Assembly: GCA_964594455.1 (NCBI GenBank)
Contig: CAZQLY010000003.1
Coordinates: forward strand, 37,360-101,359
Source: an uncultured Gammaproteobacteria bacterium
GTDB taxonomy: Bacteria > Patescibacteriota > Patescibacteriia > JAHIZJ01
Direction of reading: 5' to 3'
Length of the DNA stretch: 64,000 bases
The position numbers and the translations under genes are program-made. This document shows, piece after piece, positions 19,842 to 29,573 of this stretch. The stretch's first letter is position 1. The number at the start of each line of letters is the position of its first letter. Under the pieces are notes generated by a model. It saw nothing but the letters and a program-made list of their open reading frames with translations, was not told where the DNA came from and made no database searches.

Positions 19842-20639
19842 ATGAGGTCAAAAAATAATCCAGACAGCAAAAGAGAAAAATCATCCTGGTATTTCCATTG
19901 GTGGGGGGTGGCCAGTTTGATTTTGGCTTCGGTAGTGGCCTTATCATTATTATTGTATGGAGCGCAGGTAATATTATTTGGCGGAAAGACTACTTCTGAA
20001 GTCGATGCCTTAGTTAAATCAGGAGCAACCGCAGAAGATATTTTTTTGAGACAACCAAAAGCAGTATCGGCACCAGATAATCCCTGGATGGGCACAGAAG
20101 ATTATACGGTTCAGATTGTAGAATTCGTGGATTATCAGAGTCAGTATAGTCAACAGGTTACTGCAACGGTGCGTGATATAATCTCAGAATTTAGCAACGT
20201 AGTGAAATATACTCATAGGGACTTTCCTGATCAAATTAATCAGGACGGCATCAAATTAGCCGAGCTGGCTCGTTGTGCTGAGGAACAGAATCGTTTCTGG
20301 GTTACTCGAGACCGTTTGTTATTATTGCAAGGTAAAAAAAGCGCTGACGATCTGATAGATGAAATAACCAGCAGCGTTGGACTTGATCGTGATGTCCTGC
20401 AAGAATGTTTGGACTCTGATAGATATATAGATGATATTGAGGAAGATTATTTATCCGGCGTAGCCGCTGGTGTGAAAGGCACTCCCACTTTTTTCTTTAA
20501 TGGCTACAAAGCCGAAGGCCTGTTGGAGGCTGAAGACTTCTACAAGATCCTAGATGTATTAATTCCTGGTTATAGAGAATATTATGAGGAACCTGACTCC
20601 TTTGATTCTATACCAGATTTAATTCCAGCCGACGAATAA
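19842..20639 (+). CDS. DsbA-like protein lacking catalytic cysteines (SQYS)
   Basis: EFVDYQSQYS in place of CxxC; RDFP; GVKGTPTFF. Confidence 0.75.
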   Translation: MRSKNNPDSKREKSSWYFHWWGVASLILASVVALSLLLYGAQVILFGGKTTSEVDALVKSGATAEDIFLRQPKAVSAPDNPWMGTEDYTVQIVEFVDYQSQYSQQVTATVRDIISEFSNVVKYTHRDFPDQINQDGIKLAELARCAEEQNRFWVTRDRLLLLQGKKSADDLIDEITSSVGLDRDVLQECLDSDRYIDDIEEDYLSGVAAGVKGTPTFFFNGYKAEGLLEAEDFYKILDVLIPGYREYYEEPDSFDSIPDLIPADE

Positions 20640-20753
20640 CACTAAGATTAGCAAAATAGACATATTTTTCAACAGGTTTATACACTGCGATAAGCGGCTT
20701 TTTAACATCTCATCAACTTGTAAGAAAGTATTAACAAGGTAGAGTTAAGTGGT

Positions 20754-20924
20754 ATGAGAGTTAAAGTAAATCATAAAAAAGAGCCGATTAAGGCTCATAT
20801 TTCCTCAGATGCCCGGTACGTTTGCCCGTGGTGTTGGTCGGTTTCCTCAGAGCCTGGAACGTGTAAGTGTGGTTCCGAGCTTCAGAAGGAAAAAGCCCAT
20901 ATCTTGTTTGAATACGAGAATTAA
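20754..20924 (+). CDS. 56-aa Cys4 protein, heavy-metal-binding-domain-like (below the ORF-track cutoff)
   Basis: Hand translation gives YVCPWCWSVSSEPGTCKCGSELQK; followed by a terminator. Confidence 0.6.
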   Translation: MRVKVNHKKEPIKAHISSDARYVCPWCWSVSSEPGTCKCGSELQKEKAHILFEYEN

Positions 20925-20942
20925 CAATTGATATAGTATGAT

Positions 20943-20967
20943 AAAAACGCTACACTGGCGTTTTTTA
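20943..20967 (+). terminator. Intrinsic terminator
   Basis: AAAAACGCTA-CAC-TGGCGTTTTTT. Confidence 0.65.
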
Positions 20968-21008
20968 TTTTTGTCTAAACATCTTAAATAAATTATAATA
21001 CATAGGCT

Positions 21009-21785
21009 ATGATTCCTTATTTCGAATTAACTACAATAGAAGTAGGAAGTTGGTCCCTTAATATTTGGGGCTTGCTAGTTTCATCAGGCTTTTTGACAGC
21101 TATAATCATTTCATATCGTGAGGCCAGGCATAACGAGCTCAAGTCGGAGCTTATATTGGATTTAGCAATAGTAATTATTATTTCAGCAATAATAGGTTCT
21201 AGGCTTTTTTATGTTTTTAATGAGTGGGATCAATTCAAAGATCAGCCAATCAATATTTTAAAGATTTGGGAAGGCGGCCTAGCTATCTATGGTGGTATAG
21301 TTGCTTCTGTGTTGGCCGGCTGGGTTTATTTACGCAGGCGTCGGGTGTCTTTTTGGAAATACGCTGACGTGGTGGCATACGCGATGCCTTTAGGATTAGC
21401 TATCGGTCGCATCGGCTGCTTCATGATTCACGACCATCTGGGTAAAACAACCAATTTGCCCTGGGGATTTCAGACCGCTATTGGTAAAGTGAGGCACGAG
21501 ACAGCTATGTATGAAATTTTAGCCATGGTTATTGTTTTTATTATTTTTTCTTTTATTAGAAAAAAAGAATATTTTCGTAATCAGCCAGGAAGGCTAGTGA
21601 TAATGTTTTTTTTAATCTACGGACTATTCCGTTTCTTTTCTGATATGCTACGAGCTACCGACCTACCCGGTTCAGACCCGGTTCTTTGGCTTGGATTCAG
21701 ACCAAGTCAAATATTTTCGTTATTTATAATAGTTGTCTCGATCAGCCTAATCTATTTTTGGAAAAGAAAAAAAGATATAGATTAA
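21009..21785 (+). CDS. lgt: Prolipoprotein diacylglyceryl transferase
   Basis: GSRLFYV, IWEGGLAIYGG, IGRIGCF, HETAMYE. Confidence 0.9.
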   Translation: MIPYFELTTIEVGSWSLNIWGLLVSSGFLTAIIISYREARHNELKSELILDLAIVIIISAIIGSRLFYVFNEWDQFKDQPINILKIWEGGLAIYGGIVASVLAGWVYLRRRRVSFWKYADVVAYAMPLGLAIGRIGCFMIHDHLGKTTNLPWGFQTAIGKVRHETAMYEILAMVIVFIIFSFIRKKEYFRNQPGRLVIMFFLIYGLFRFFSDMLRATDLPGSDPVLWLGFRPSQIFSLFIIVVSISLIYFWKRKKDID

Positions 21786-21791
21786 TGTTAC

Positions 21792-21824
21792 AAAAAAACA
21801 GAAGCCTGAAACCTCTGTTTTTTT
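21792..21824. terminator. Bidirectional terminator between convergent genes
   Basis: AAAAAAACAGA...TCTGTTTTTT. Confidence 0.55.
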
Positions 21825-21839
21825 GTATACAGGTTTGTA

Positions 21840-22595
21840 TTATTTCTGATTTGGTTTTTTCTTGGCCAGGCCTTCCAGTGCTCGTAATACTTCCAGTGGC
21901 ACAGCGAAGACTACAGTGTTTGATTGATCAGAGGACAAATCATTTATTGATTGTAGAGTGCGGAGATGAAGTGCACCATCTGATTCACCCAACATCTTGG
22001 CAGCTAGGCTCATATTCTTAGCGGCTATTACCTCACCCTCTGCTTTAATAATGACGGCTCGTTTTTCTCTTTCGGCTTCTGCTTGTTTGGCAATAGTGCG
22101 TTTCATTTCCTCAGGCAGTTCTATGTGTTTTAATTCTACCGCTACGACTTTTATTCCCCAGGGATCAGTAGCAATGTCAACGAGCTTACGAATTTTTTTG
22201 GAAACTTCATCGCGCTGGGTTAGAAGTAGGTCAAGCTCGGTTTCACCCACTACATCACGCATAGTAGTCTGGGCTAATTGAGATACAGCATAAACATAAT
22301 TTTCAACTTCAATGATTGCGGTATTAGCTTCTACCACTTTAAAATAAAGCACCGCATTAACCTTGACAGATACGTTGTCTCGGGTAATTGCATCTTGATC
22401 TGGAACATCAATAGCTATAACCCGCATATCCACCTTAGTCATTGTTTGAAATACGGGTATAACTAATCGCCAACCCGGTTTGGCAGTGGAGGTGTATCTC
22501 CCCATAGTAAATTTAACCCCTCGCTGGTATTGGTTTATCTGCCTGATGGAAATTAGTAAAATAACTACAACGATAATAATTGGTGTCCAATACAT
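21840..22595 (-). CDS. Stomatin/slipin (SPFH, Band 7) protein
   Basis: ITRDNVSVKVNAV, AQTTMRDVVG, PWGIKV, QAEAEREKRA. Confidence 0.9.
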   Translation of the reverse strand: MYWTPIIIVVVILLISIRQINQYQRGVKFTMGRYTSTAKPGWRLVIPVFQTMTKVDMRVIAIDVPDQDAITRDNVSVKVNAVLYFKVVEANTAIIEVENYVYAVSQLAQTTMRDVVGETELDLLLTQRDEVSKKIRKLVDIATDPWGIKVVAVELKHIELPEEMKRTIAKQAEAEREKRAVIIKAEGEVIAAKNMSLAAKMLGESDGALHLRTLQSINDLSSDQSNTVVFAVPLEVLRALEGLAKKKPNQK

Positions 22596-22830
22596 GTTTT
22601 TTGGTGTTATTTATTAACTGGCTTAATTATAGCATTTCTTAAATAGATGAAACAAGAAACATCCTTGACAAAACCGTTGAAACATGATATTGTCTCAGGT
22701 CACTCTGGCCAGTTTCTGGTTCAGTGACAGATCTTTGACATTCTTAGATAGATTCGAAACCCAATAGGGGAATATTTCCCCTGAGGCTAGTACAGTTATC
22801 AGGAGGCGAATTGCCTTCAGGAGGTGAAAA

Positions 22831-25044
22831 ATGAAGTTCATGGACAGCGTTTCGTCGATCGCCAATATGCGCGTGTCGGGTTTTGTGATTTTGACGGTGG
22901 TTTTTGGTTTGGCGCTTTCGCTTGCGTTCAAGACCATGAACTGGTTGCTGGTGCTTGTTGTTATGGCAGCGGTGACCTATGTCTTCTATCGGTACCGAGA
23001 GAGATTGCTCTTCCAGGTGACCGATCGGATGTTCAAGTACTACTACCTGGTGGGATTTTTGATCATGACAACCCTGTACATGCTACTTGTGTTCAGGATG
23101 ATCAGAGATCCAATTTCCAGCTGGCTGGCAGTGATCATCTACTTTCTTTCGTGGACGATCCTGCTGGTCTATGCTGGAAAAGCTCAGATTGGTGCTACCT
23201 TCATCAAAGAGCCTGGTGCGATGTTGATTCAACGAGGGGGCATGTTCCTCCGCATCGCCTGGGTGAAGAAGGGGCATCGGATGTTGACTAACCAAGCAGC
23301 TCAACGCTTAAACGCACTGGCGTTCCTTTTCAATCCCACGGTTGAGGATCATAAGAAACGGATCTTCGTGAAGTGGCTGTTGTTTCAACTCGAGGATGCC
23401 CTGGACGAAAAAGCCCACCTTATTCGGGGATGGGATGTGGTGACTACCTTTGGAGGTGATCCATTCGTTTCTGAGTCAGCGCGTGAGCGGACGGCGGAAG
23501 GTTGTATTACTCTGTCAACACCTGAAGATGTGTACAATATGATTCGAAGATCACCTCAAGAAGGTGAGAAAACGATTTCTCACCAACCACCGTACTCACG
23601 TCCTCGGTTCAGCCATATGGCCAAAAGGCCTAGCAGTGAAATAGATGAAATTCTGAGGGCTCTATCGGTCGTTTCGGGCAGTAGCCGGGCAGAGTTTCAA
23701 GTTCACAGCCAGCTGCTGACAAGGGACGAGAAGAGGGAGGGTCGTAAAATACCCAACCAGAATAAGTATGTGTTCAATCCTGAGTTCACAGTTGGCTACC
23801 GTGACCGCTTTGCCCAATATGACATCATGACTGAAACTGAAATCGCCCATGAGTCTGGATTGACGCCCGGAATCATCAAATGGTGCATGGCGGATGTGGC
23901 AGAACAGCAGAAGCCGCGCAAGGGCGTCTTCGGCGGTTTGCGCGTGATCGGATTCCCTTGGGATTCAGTTATGACACATCAGCTGGTAGTTGAAACCTGG
24001 TCTGAGGTAACGGATGTAACCGAGGGGGGCGCCGCTTACAAGGTGGAGAAGGTCCCTCGGGAATTCCAGAGGATTGGCCTGGGCCGTGAACAGATGAAGC
24101 TTTTCGTCAAACGAGCAGAAACTGCTGACGGCTATGCTGTTGATTTCTACGTAGTCATCTTCTTGCATTTGCGCAACGTGTATAAGGCGATGATTGATGT
24201 GGACGACTGGCATCAGTGGCTAGCCAATGTCATTGTTGCCAAGATCCGAGAGCTGACTCGTCGTCTGCCTATCCACGCCGCGATTGATGCCAAGGAGCAC
24301 GTTTCCGAGTGCATCAGACGCGGTGTTCACGGTGAAGAGTACACTCTGGTCCCGGAGCTCATCAGCCCGGTACCTGACGGATCCAGTGAGGACATCCAGA
24401 AAGAAGGGCGTCCGAAGTACCGCATACACGTCGTGCCCATCCGCGATCTCAGGAAACTGGAGCGTATGCTATATGCTGCGGTTGGAGATAACGATGGAGC
24501 TGAGAAGAAGGCCAATACCAAGGACCAAGACAGTATCAAGGATGTTGCTGTCGACGAGACTCTCCTGGAGAGCATTCTGTTCAAGGCCGGAATCGTGGTT
24601 GATGGGATGGGCGTCAAGGACGTTATTCCCTCAGACACCGAGGCTAAGCAGTTCATCGAGGCCTTGCCCAGCGCGATTCAGGAAGCGCAGATTCGCATCA
24701 GGCAGGGAATCGGTGAAGCTGGCAGAATCGAACGGGAAATCGCTGCGCTGGCTAGCAAGGGCGAGAATGTCGCTCAGATCTTCCAGCTGATTGAGACAAC
24801 CAAGAGTGTTCCATCTGGGAGCACGGTTGTTCTTGGTGGCGGAGGCGGATCGATCGACCAAGCCCTGTTGGCCCAGCTGTTGCGAGATCGGAGCAAGCCA
24901 ACCGGCAAAACCGGAGGATCGGGTGAAACCGATGCTCCGGAATCAGTAAGCGCAGATGCAAAAGGCTCCGGCGATATAGCCGGATCAGACCGTGAGAGCG
25001 GGAAACGTCCTGAACGTTCCCGTTCTACACGGAAACGATCTTAG
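22831..25044 (+). CDS. Large membrane protein with divergent SPFH-like C-terminal domain
   Basis: About 4 N-terminal TMs; AETADGYAV..., GIVVDGMGVKDV, GIGEA; SD GGAGG; TTGACA promoter at 22666. Confidence 0.55.
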   Translation: MKFMDSVSSIANMRVSGFVILTVVFGLALSLAFKTMNWLLVLVVMAAVTYVFYRYRERLLFQVTDRMFKYYYLVGFLIMTTLYMLLVFRMIRDPISSWLAVIIYFLSWTILLVYAGKAQIGATFIKEPGAMLIQRGGMFLRIAWVKKGHRMLTNQAAQRLNALAFLFNPTVEDHKKRIFVKWLLFQLEDALDEKAHLIRGWDVVTTFGGDPFVSESARERTAEGCITLSTPEDVYNMIRRSPQEGEKTISHQPPYSRPRFSHMAKRPSSEIDEILRALSVVSGSSRAEFQVHSQLLTRDEKREGRKIPNQNKYVFNPEFTVGYRDRFAQYDIMTETEIAHESGLTPGIIKWCMADVAEQQKPRKGVFGGLRVIGFPWDSVMTHQLVVETWSEVTDVTEGGAAYKVEKVPREFQRIGLGREQMKLFVKRAETADGYAVDFYVVIFLHLRNVYKAMIDVDDWHQWLANVIVAKIRELTRRLPIHAAIDAKEHVSECIRRGVHGEEYTLVPELISPVPDGSSEDIQKEGRPKYRIHVVPIRDLRKLERMLYAAVGDNDGAEKKANTKDQDSIKDVAVDETLLESILFKAGIVVDGMGVKDVIPSDTEAKQFIEALPSAIQEAQIRIRQGIGEAGRIEREIAALASKGENVAQIFQLIETTKSVPSGSTVVLGGGGGSIDQALLAQLLRDRSKPTGKTGGSGETDAPESVSADAKGSGDIAGSDRESGKRPERSRSTRKRS

Positions 25045-25068
25045 GACGATCTCGCTCCTGAAGTTTGA

Positions 25069-25108
25069 GGCGGGACCCACGCGGCATTTGTCGTAACGGG
25101 TCCCGCCC
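25069..25108 (+). other. Intergenic stem-loop
   Basis: GGCGGGACCC...GGGTCCCGCC perfect 10-bp inverted repeat; no U-tract. Confidence 0.6.
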
Positions 25109-25130
25109 TCATCAACCAAAGGAGTGAATC

Positions 25131-26558
25131 ATGTTTGCGATAATCCCGGTTACTATTTTCTTCGCCCTTCTTCTGAATGGTGCGAAGGAGCTCGTCGCCA
25201 TGCGTACGGCCCAGCGGAAAAAGGAGGCTTATCAGTTCTCCTATGCGCGGGTATTCTGGTCGAAATTCTCAGCTTGGGCGCTAATCATCATTGGACTAGT
25301 GCTGTTAGCCAGACTATATCCTGTAGTTTGGCAAAACATCCAGGTACGGCAGCAGCCTTACTGGACTGAGTATGAGCAGATCTACCACAACCCCCCTGAT
25401 CTCACGAACATCTGTCCTTCCGGGCAACTGCCCAGCGATTGGGATGAAGCTCTCAAGGTAATCGAATCCCAGGGCACTTCAGAACAAGTCGCTTGGGGCC
25501 AGGCACTGGATACCAAGAAGGAGATGCTCAAAGCTCTCTATCCACACTTCCACACTGGATGGGCCAGATTCGTCGGCATGGCGATTAAGTTCCTGCCTTT
25601 GATATCATGGTTTGCCACCATCCTCTTGACTTCCTACCTATTCCGAGTGATTGGTAGAGGTAAGAAAGAGGCTATGGGAGGCATTCAGATCATCCTGCTG
25701 GTGTTTGTCTTCTTTGTCCTCTGCGGCAGTCGACTGGCAGATGCTTTGCCGGCCTGGCTGTCGATGTCGTACGGATTCTTGGCTAAGATGTATGGCTTCG
25801 AAACGCCGAAGATGCAGGCTTTCTTCGCCCTCATTGTCGCTATGGTGGCAATGGCGGTGCGGATCGGCTCTGGGTCTAGAGGATTGGCCGTGCTGACGTA
25901 TCTTGCGTTGGTTCTGGCCGGTGTAAACCTTGTAGGTTTCGTAGCTCCTTCCTTCATGGCCAAGAAACGTGGAGATGAGTGGGGTTCAACCTACAACAAT
26001 CCACTGACACTAGCAACTGTACAGGAAGAGAATGTGGTATACCAACCCCTGCGCGTCCAGGGCGCTACTCCGGGAACGCAGGTAAAGTCCTACCTCATCT
26101 CTTTTGACACCAGACAACCTGGGCCGCATCCAACTGGCATCAAGGTCCACCATCTCCAACGAGGCCAGTTCGAACGAGCGACAGAATTGGAGAAGTCATA
26201 CCAGTATCTCCGAACCAGAACGGGGAAGAAGTACTGGGCATCGGCTGCTGGCGACTCGTTAAACGGTCAGTCGCTGATGCCGCACCATTTCCGTCATATG
26301 GAATGGTTCCATACGTTGAGCGCTCCAGCCGGAGCAATCATAGTGCAGATCGGTTCTGGGAACTGGTTTGCTCCGTTTCAGAATGGTGACATGTTTACTG
26401 GCACTGGTGTTGATGGGGAAGTTTGGGTGGACATCAATGACACTCAGCGTCGTCCAGAGAAAGATGGCCTCCAGTACTACGTGGACAACGAAGGCATTGC
26501 CTATCTAAGACTCCGGGTATACGAACCACCCGGAAAAGCTCTTTTGGCCGGGTCATAG
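25131..26558 (+). CDS. Hypothetical multi-TM protein with soluble C-terminal beta domain
   Basis: 475-aa ORF, SD AAGGAG, several TMs. Confidence 0.6.
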   Translation: MFAIIPVTIFFALLLNGAKELVAMRTAQRKKEAYQFSYARVFWSKFSAWALIIIGLVLLARLYPVVWQNIQVRQQPYWTEYEQIYHNPPDLTNICPSGQLPSDWDEALKVIESQGTSEQVAWGQALDTKKEMLKALYPHFHTGWARFVGMAIKFLPLISWFATILLTSYLFRVIGRGKKEAMGGIQIILLVFVFFVLCGSRLADALPAWLSMSYGFLAKMYGFETPKMQAFFALIVAMVAMAVRIGSGSRGLAVLTYLALVLAGVNLVGFVAPSFMAKKRGDEWGSTYNNPLTLATVQEENVVYQPLRVQGATPGTQVKSYLISFDTRQPGPHPTGIKVHHLQRGQFERATELEKSYQYLRTRTGKKYWASAAGDSLNGQSLMPHHFRHMEWFHTLSAPAGAIIVQIGSGNWFAPFQNGDMFTGTGVDGEVWVDINDTQRRPEKDGLQYYVDNEGIAYLRLRVYEPPGKALLAGS

Positions 26559-26569
26559 TATCCGGTCCG

Positions 26570-26604
26570 GGGGCAGTTTGTGAAAACAGACCGCCCCCTT
26601 TTTT
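26570..26604 (+). terminator. Intrinsic terminator
   Basis: GGGGCAGTTTG-TGAAAA-CAGACCGCCCC followed by a T-run. Confidence 0.6.
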
Positions 26605-27119
26605 TATTTAGATATAGTTGCCAAATAGAATAAAATAGGAATCAAACAAGCTTGAAGCGTCAAACCAATTCTCCAAGGTAGGTTTTTTTGTATTAGCCAA
26701 TGAATTTTGTGATGAAATTGATCGTGTTTTTTAAGCAAGTCGGCTAGTGGTTTTGCCTTGTTTAAGAATTTTAACCAATTATGAAGTACGGCGGCCATAT
26801 TACTAAGCTGATGATGTAGTTCAGAAAGAAAGTCTGGTAAAATAGCCCCAGTGGCGCCCGATATTACAACAATCATTTCTGATGAGGGTGCTATTTTTAG
26901 AAAAAGCAGTGTATAGCAAATAGCTAGAAACAGGTCAACGAATCCAATCACTATTAAGCGCTTGGGTTTATCCCGGAACCAATACCCAATTCCTTCATCT
27001 CCATGCGGGATGTAATCAAGAATGTAGTGAGAAACAAAAGATATCAAAAAAGCCGAGATTGGTTCTCGGGTGACTTGACTTATCAATATTCCGGTTGCGG
27101 CGTGGGCTGTCAGGAACAT
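26604..27119 (-). CDS. Membrane metal-dependent hydrolase-like protein (YdjM-like), paralogue B
   Basis: TAHAATG, SHYILDYIPH, ILPD, H..FH. Confidence 0.65.
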   Translation of the reverse strand: MFLTAHAATGILISQVTREPISAFLISFVSHYILDYIPHGDEGIGYWFRDKPKRLIVIGFVDLFLAICYTLLFLKIAPSSEMIVVISGATGAILPDFLSELHHQLSNMAAVLHNWLKFLNKAKPLADLLKKHDQFHHKIHWLIQKNLPWRIGLTLQACLIPILFYLATISK

Positions 27120-27122
27120 TTA

Positions 27123-27659
27123 TCAAAGAGTAAATTCTGATATTAGAAATACCATAATAATTACAATTTGAATTGAAAACCCAGCTATGGGCGATATCCT
27201 ATAATCAAAAAAATTATCAACGAAGTTATGAAACTTGTCATGCAGGTAGTTATTACCTTTGATAAACGGGTGCAGCAGAATGGTTTTTCTCTGCAGCCAA
27301 TAAAGCGCTCTAAAGATAAGTTTCTGTTGATACTTTTGGTGAACGAATGGAAAAAAATTAGAAATTAGGTCGGGCAAGAGAGAACCAGCTAGTCCTGCTG
27401 AAACCAATGCTATTCTAGGCAAATCAGTCGTGGTATAAAGTACACTAATTAGAATAATAACGCACAAGAAGTCAATCGAGGCTAAAATGCTAGCGCGTTT
27501 TTTCTTTTCCGGATCCCATTCTTGGTAAAGGTTTTCATCACCATGGGGTATGAAGTCCATGATGAAATGGACAAAAATCGAAATAACAAAAACCCACAGA
27601 GGTGATTCTAGTCTCTGGCTAATTAGGACCCCCGCTGCAGCATGGGTGGTAAGAAACAT
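27123..27659 (-). CDS. Membrane metal-dependent hydrolase-like protein (YdjM-like), paralogue A
   Basis: TTHAAAG, VHFIMDFIPH, LLPD, HDKFH. Confidence 0.65.
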   Translation of the reverse strand: MFLTTHAAAGVLISQRLESPLWVFVISIFVHFIMDFIPHGDENLYQEWDPEKKKRASILASIDFLCVIILISVLYTTTDLPRIALVSAGLAGSLLPDLISNFFPFVHQKYQQKLIFRALYWLQRKTILLHPFIKGNNYLHDKFHNFVDNFFDYRISPIAGFSIQIVIIMVFLISEFTL

Positions 27660-27686
27660 GTTTTATATATGAAGTCGTTAAATGTC

Positions 27687-27763
27687 TGGTGACAGGGGTG
27701 GGAATCGAACCCACGACCTAGGGCTTATGAGTCCCTCGCTCTAACCAACTGAGCTACCCTGCC
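27687..27763 (-). tRNA. tRNA with CAT anticodon (elongator Met more likely than Ile2)
   Basis: GGCAGGG acceptor, CTCATAA loop, TTCGATT T-loop, encoded CCA. Confidence 0.9.
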
Positions 27764-28058
27764 TTACATGGTTTCTTTTACTTTTTATTTTCAGAAAAAG
27801 ATCTTCATCAGGTCGTTTTAACAACCTTTTTCTAGTAAAGGCAATACCAGAAGCAGTTTTTAAATATTTTTCAAAACTCAACGCCGTATGTTTATCTTCG
27901 AAGACACAATAGAACTTAAGATGCCAATTCCGTGAGTTTGAAGTGTATCCGGTTGTAGATGTTGCATGCCTATATAATCGTCCTTGAAGATTTGTCGTAT
28001 ATCCTTTATAAAGTCTTTTTGTAACAGAATTCATCAGAACATATACTGTGTGTTTCAT
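27741..28058 (-). CDS. Small GIY-YIG nuclease
   Basis: TVYVL..LYKGYTTNL..RL..H...A..FEKYLK; 3' end runs into the tRNA. Confidence 0.8.
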   Translation of the reverse strand: MKHTVYVLMNSVTKRLYKGYTTNLQGRLYRHATSTTGYTSNSRNWHLKFYCVFEDKHTALSFEKYLKTASGIAFTRKRLLKRPDEDLFLKIKSKRNHVRQGSSVG

Positions 28059-28094
28059 AACACTATACCATACTCCCCGCTGCATTTTTGTGGA

Positions 28095-28118
28095 CATCCT
28101 TCGCTAGCGCGAAGGATG
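28095..28118. repeat. REP-like palindrome
   Basis: CATCCTTCGC-TAGC-GCGAAGGATG perfect 10-bp stem abutting the tRNA CCA. Confidence 0.6.
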
Positions 28119-28192
28119 GTTGCGGGGCCCGGACTCGAACCGGGAACCTCAAGGTTATGAGCCTTGCGAGCTACCAATTGCTCCACCCCGCG
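28117..28192 (-). tRNA. Initiator tRNA-fMet (CAT)
   Basis: CGCGGGG acceptor with C1:A72 mismatch; CAAGG-CTCATAA-CCTTG; CCA. Confidence 0.92.
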
Positions 28193-28426
28193 ATGAGAAA
28201 ATACATTTTCACCGTAGTTTTGATAATAACCCATATTTGTATTTTAATCAAGTGTTTGACAGAAAAAGAATAATTGCTAAAATAAGCACGTTGATTTAAC
28301 TATCAGCGGCTCATTTTATTGTCTTGGTTTGAGGACAGCGGAAGTACCGTTGTGGACTAATCAGGCGCTTTCAGCCAATAAGTAATTCCTCAATAGGAAG
28401 AGGCTTATGGGTTGGAGGAGGAAATA

Positions 28427-29293
28427 ATGCCAAAACAGACAGAGGACAAGTGCAAGGACTGTTGGGAAAAAGAATGCTTTCCCAACATCTCATCGTCACG
28501 TAGGCGGTCAATTCTCGGTTTTATCTTAATCTTGTTTTTTGCAGCTGACTTTGCCGGGATTGCGTTCTTCTTACAACCAACACCCATTGCAGCCACGTGC
28601 CTGTATCTGGGCAGTGTTGCTCTGACGGGAGGGGCAATCTGTTGGTTTATCAAGGAAGGAATCGGACGAAGCAAATACTACTTTGTCCAAGGCGATCGTG
28701 AACACCTGCATCGCAAGAAACCGCAGATTATTGATCGTAACGGAAGCATAATAGGAGACGGTGTAATCCATCCCCGGTTATTCAAGGGGTATGTCCTGCA
28801 GTTGTATCATGGCGGCTGGTTTCGGCAGCGTCGTGTGTTGGTAGCGAGTGAAAGCGATAGAGAGTTTTCACTGCTGGCAAGCTGGAGGATCAACTGTTGG
28901 AAGGGTAACCACGATCTTTATCTCACCGACCAGCGTGGAGAAGTGCGGGGACCGTTCTCTCCTAAACATGCTCTAGAGATCGTAGCTAACCACTATTCGT
29001 TTAAATGTCTGGACAGGATTTCTGATCAGCGTTTAGCAGCTCTGCAGATCGCCCTCAGCTTCCTTTGGAAGATGCATGAATTTCTGGGAGAGGGTCGCAA
29101 GGGAACCGGTTGGGGAGATTCCAAGTACGCCCGGTTGATGAGGGATGCAATCGGGATGGTGCGAGAGTCTATCCGTAACCAGCTGCTCAAAACGGAAGGC
29201 GGTAGTGCCGTAGAAGATCTCCAAGCTACTTGGAGCCGTATGACAGCTGAGGAAATCATTCGGCACCTGACTCAGTCCACTCACGCAGCCTAG
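28427..29293 (+). CDS. Hypothetical protein with two N-terminal TMs
   Basis: SD GGAGG before ATG 28427; TTGACA/TAAAAT promoter at 28256; terminator after. Confidence 0.6.
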   Translation: MPKQTEDKCKDCWEKECFPNISSSRRRSILGFILILFFAADFAGIAFFLQPTPIAATCLYLGSVALTGGAICWFIKEGIGRSKYYFVQGDREHLHRKKPQIIDRNGSIIGDGVIHPRLFKGYVLQLYHGGWFRQRRVLVASESDREFSLLASWRINCWKGNHDLYLTDQRGEVRGPFSPKHALEIVANHYSFKCLDRISDQRLAALQIALSFLWKMHEFLGEGRKGTGWGDSKYARLMRDAIGMVRESIRNQLLKTEGGSAVEDLQATWSRMTAEEIIRHLTQSTHAA

Positions 29294-29299
29294 TTCATG

Positions 29300-29329
29300 C
29301 GCGGTCGTTAGACAACGACCGCTTTTTTT
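29300..29329 (+). terminator. Intrinsic terminator
   Basis: GCGGTCGTT-AGAC-AACGACCGC-T7. Confidence 0.75.
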
Positions 29330-29365
29330 AATTCAAAAAAGTCATGTTTAAATGACTTTTGAATA

Positions 29366-29452
<87 letters not shown>

Positions 29453-29573
29453 ACAATTTAGCTATTTCGTATCTATGGTAATTGAAAATAGGGTATTTGT
29501 CAACGAAAAACATTTGTAGTAAATAGTATTTTTTAGTATAATAATGTAAGTATTCTGTTGATATATATATTAG

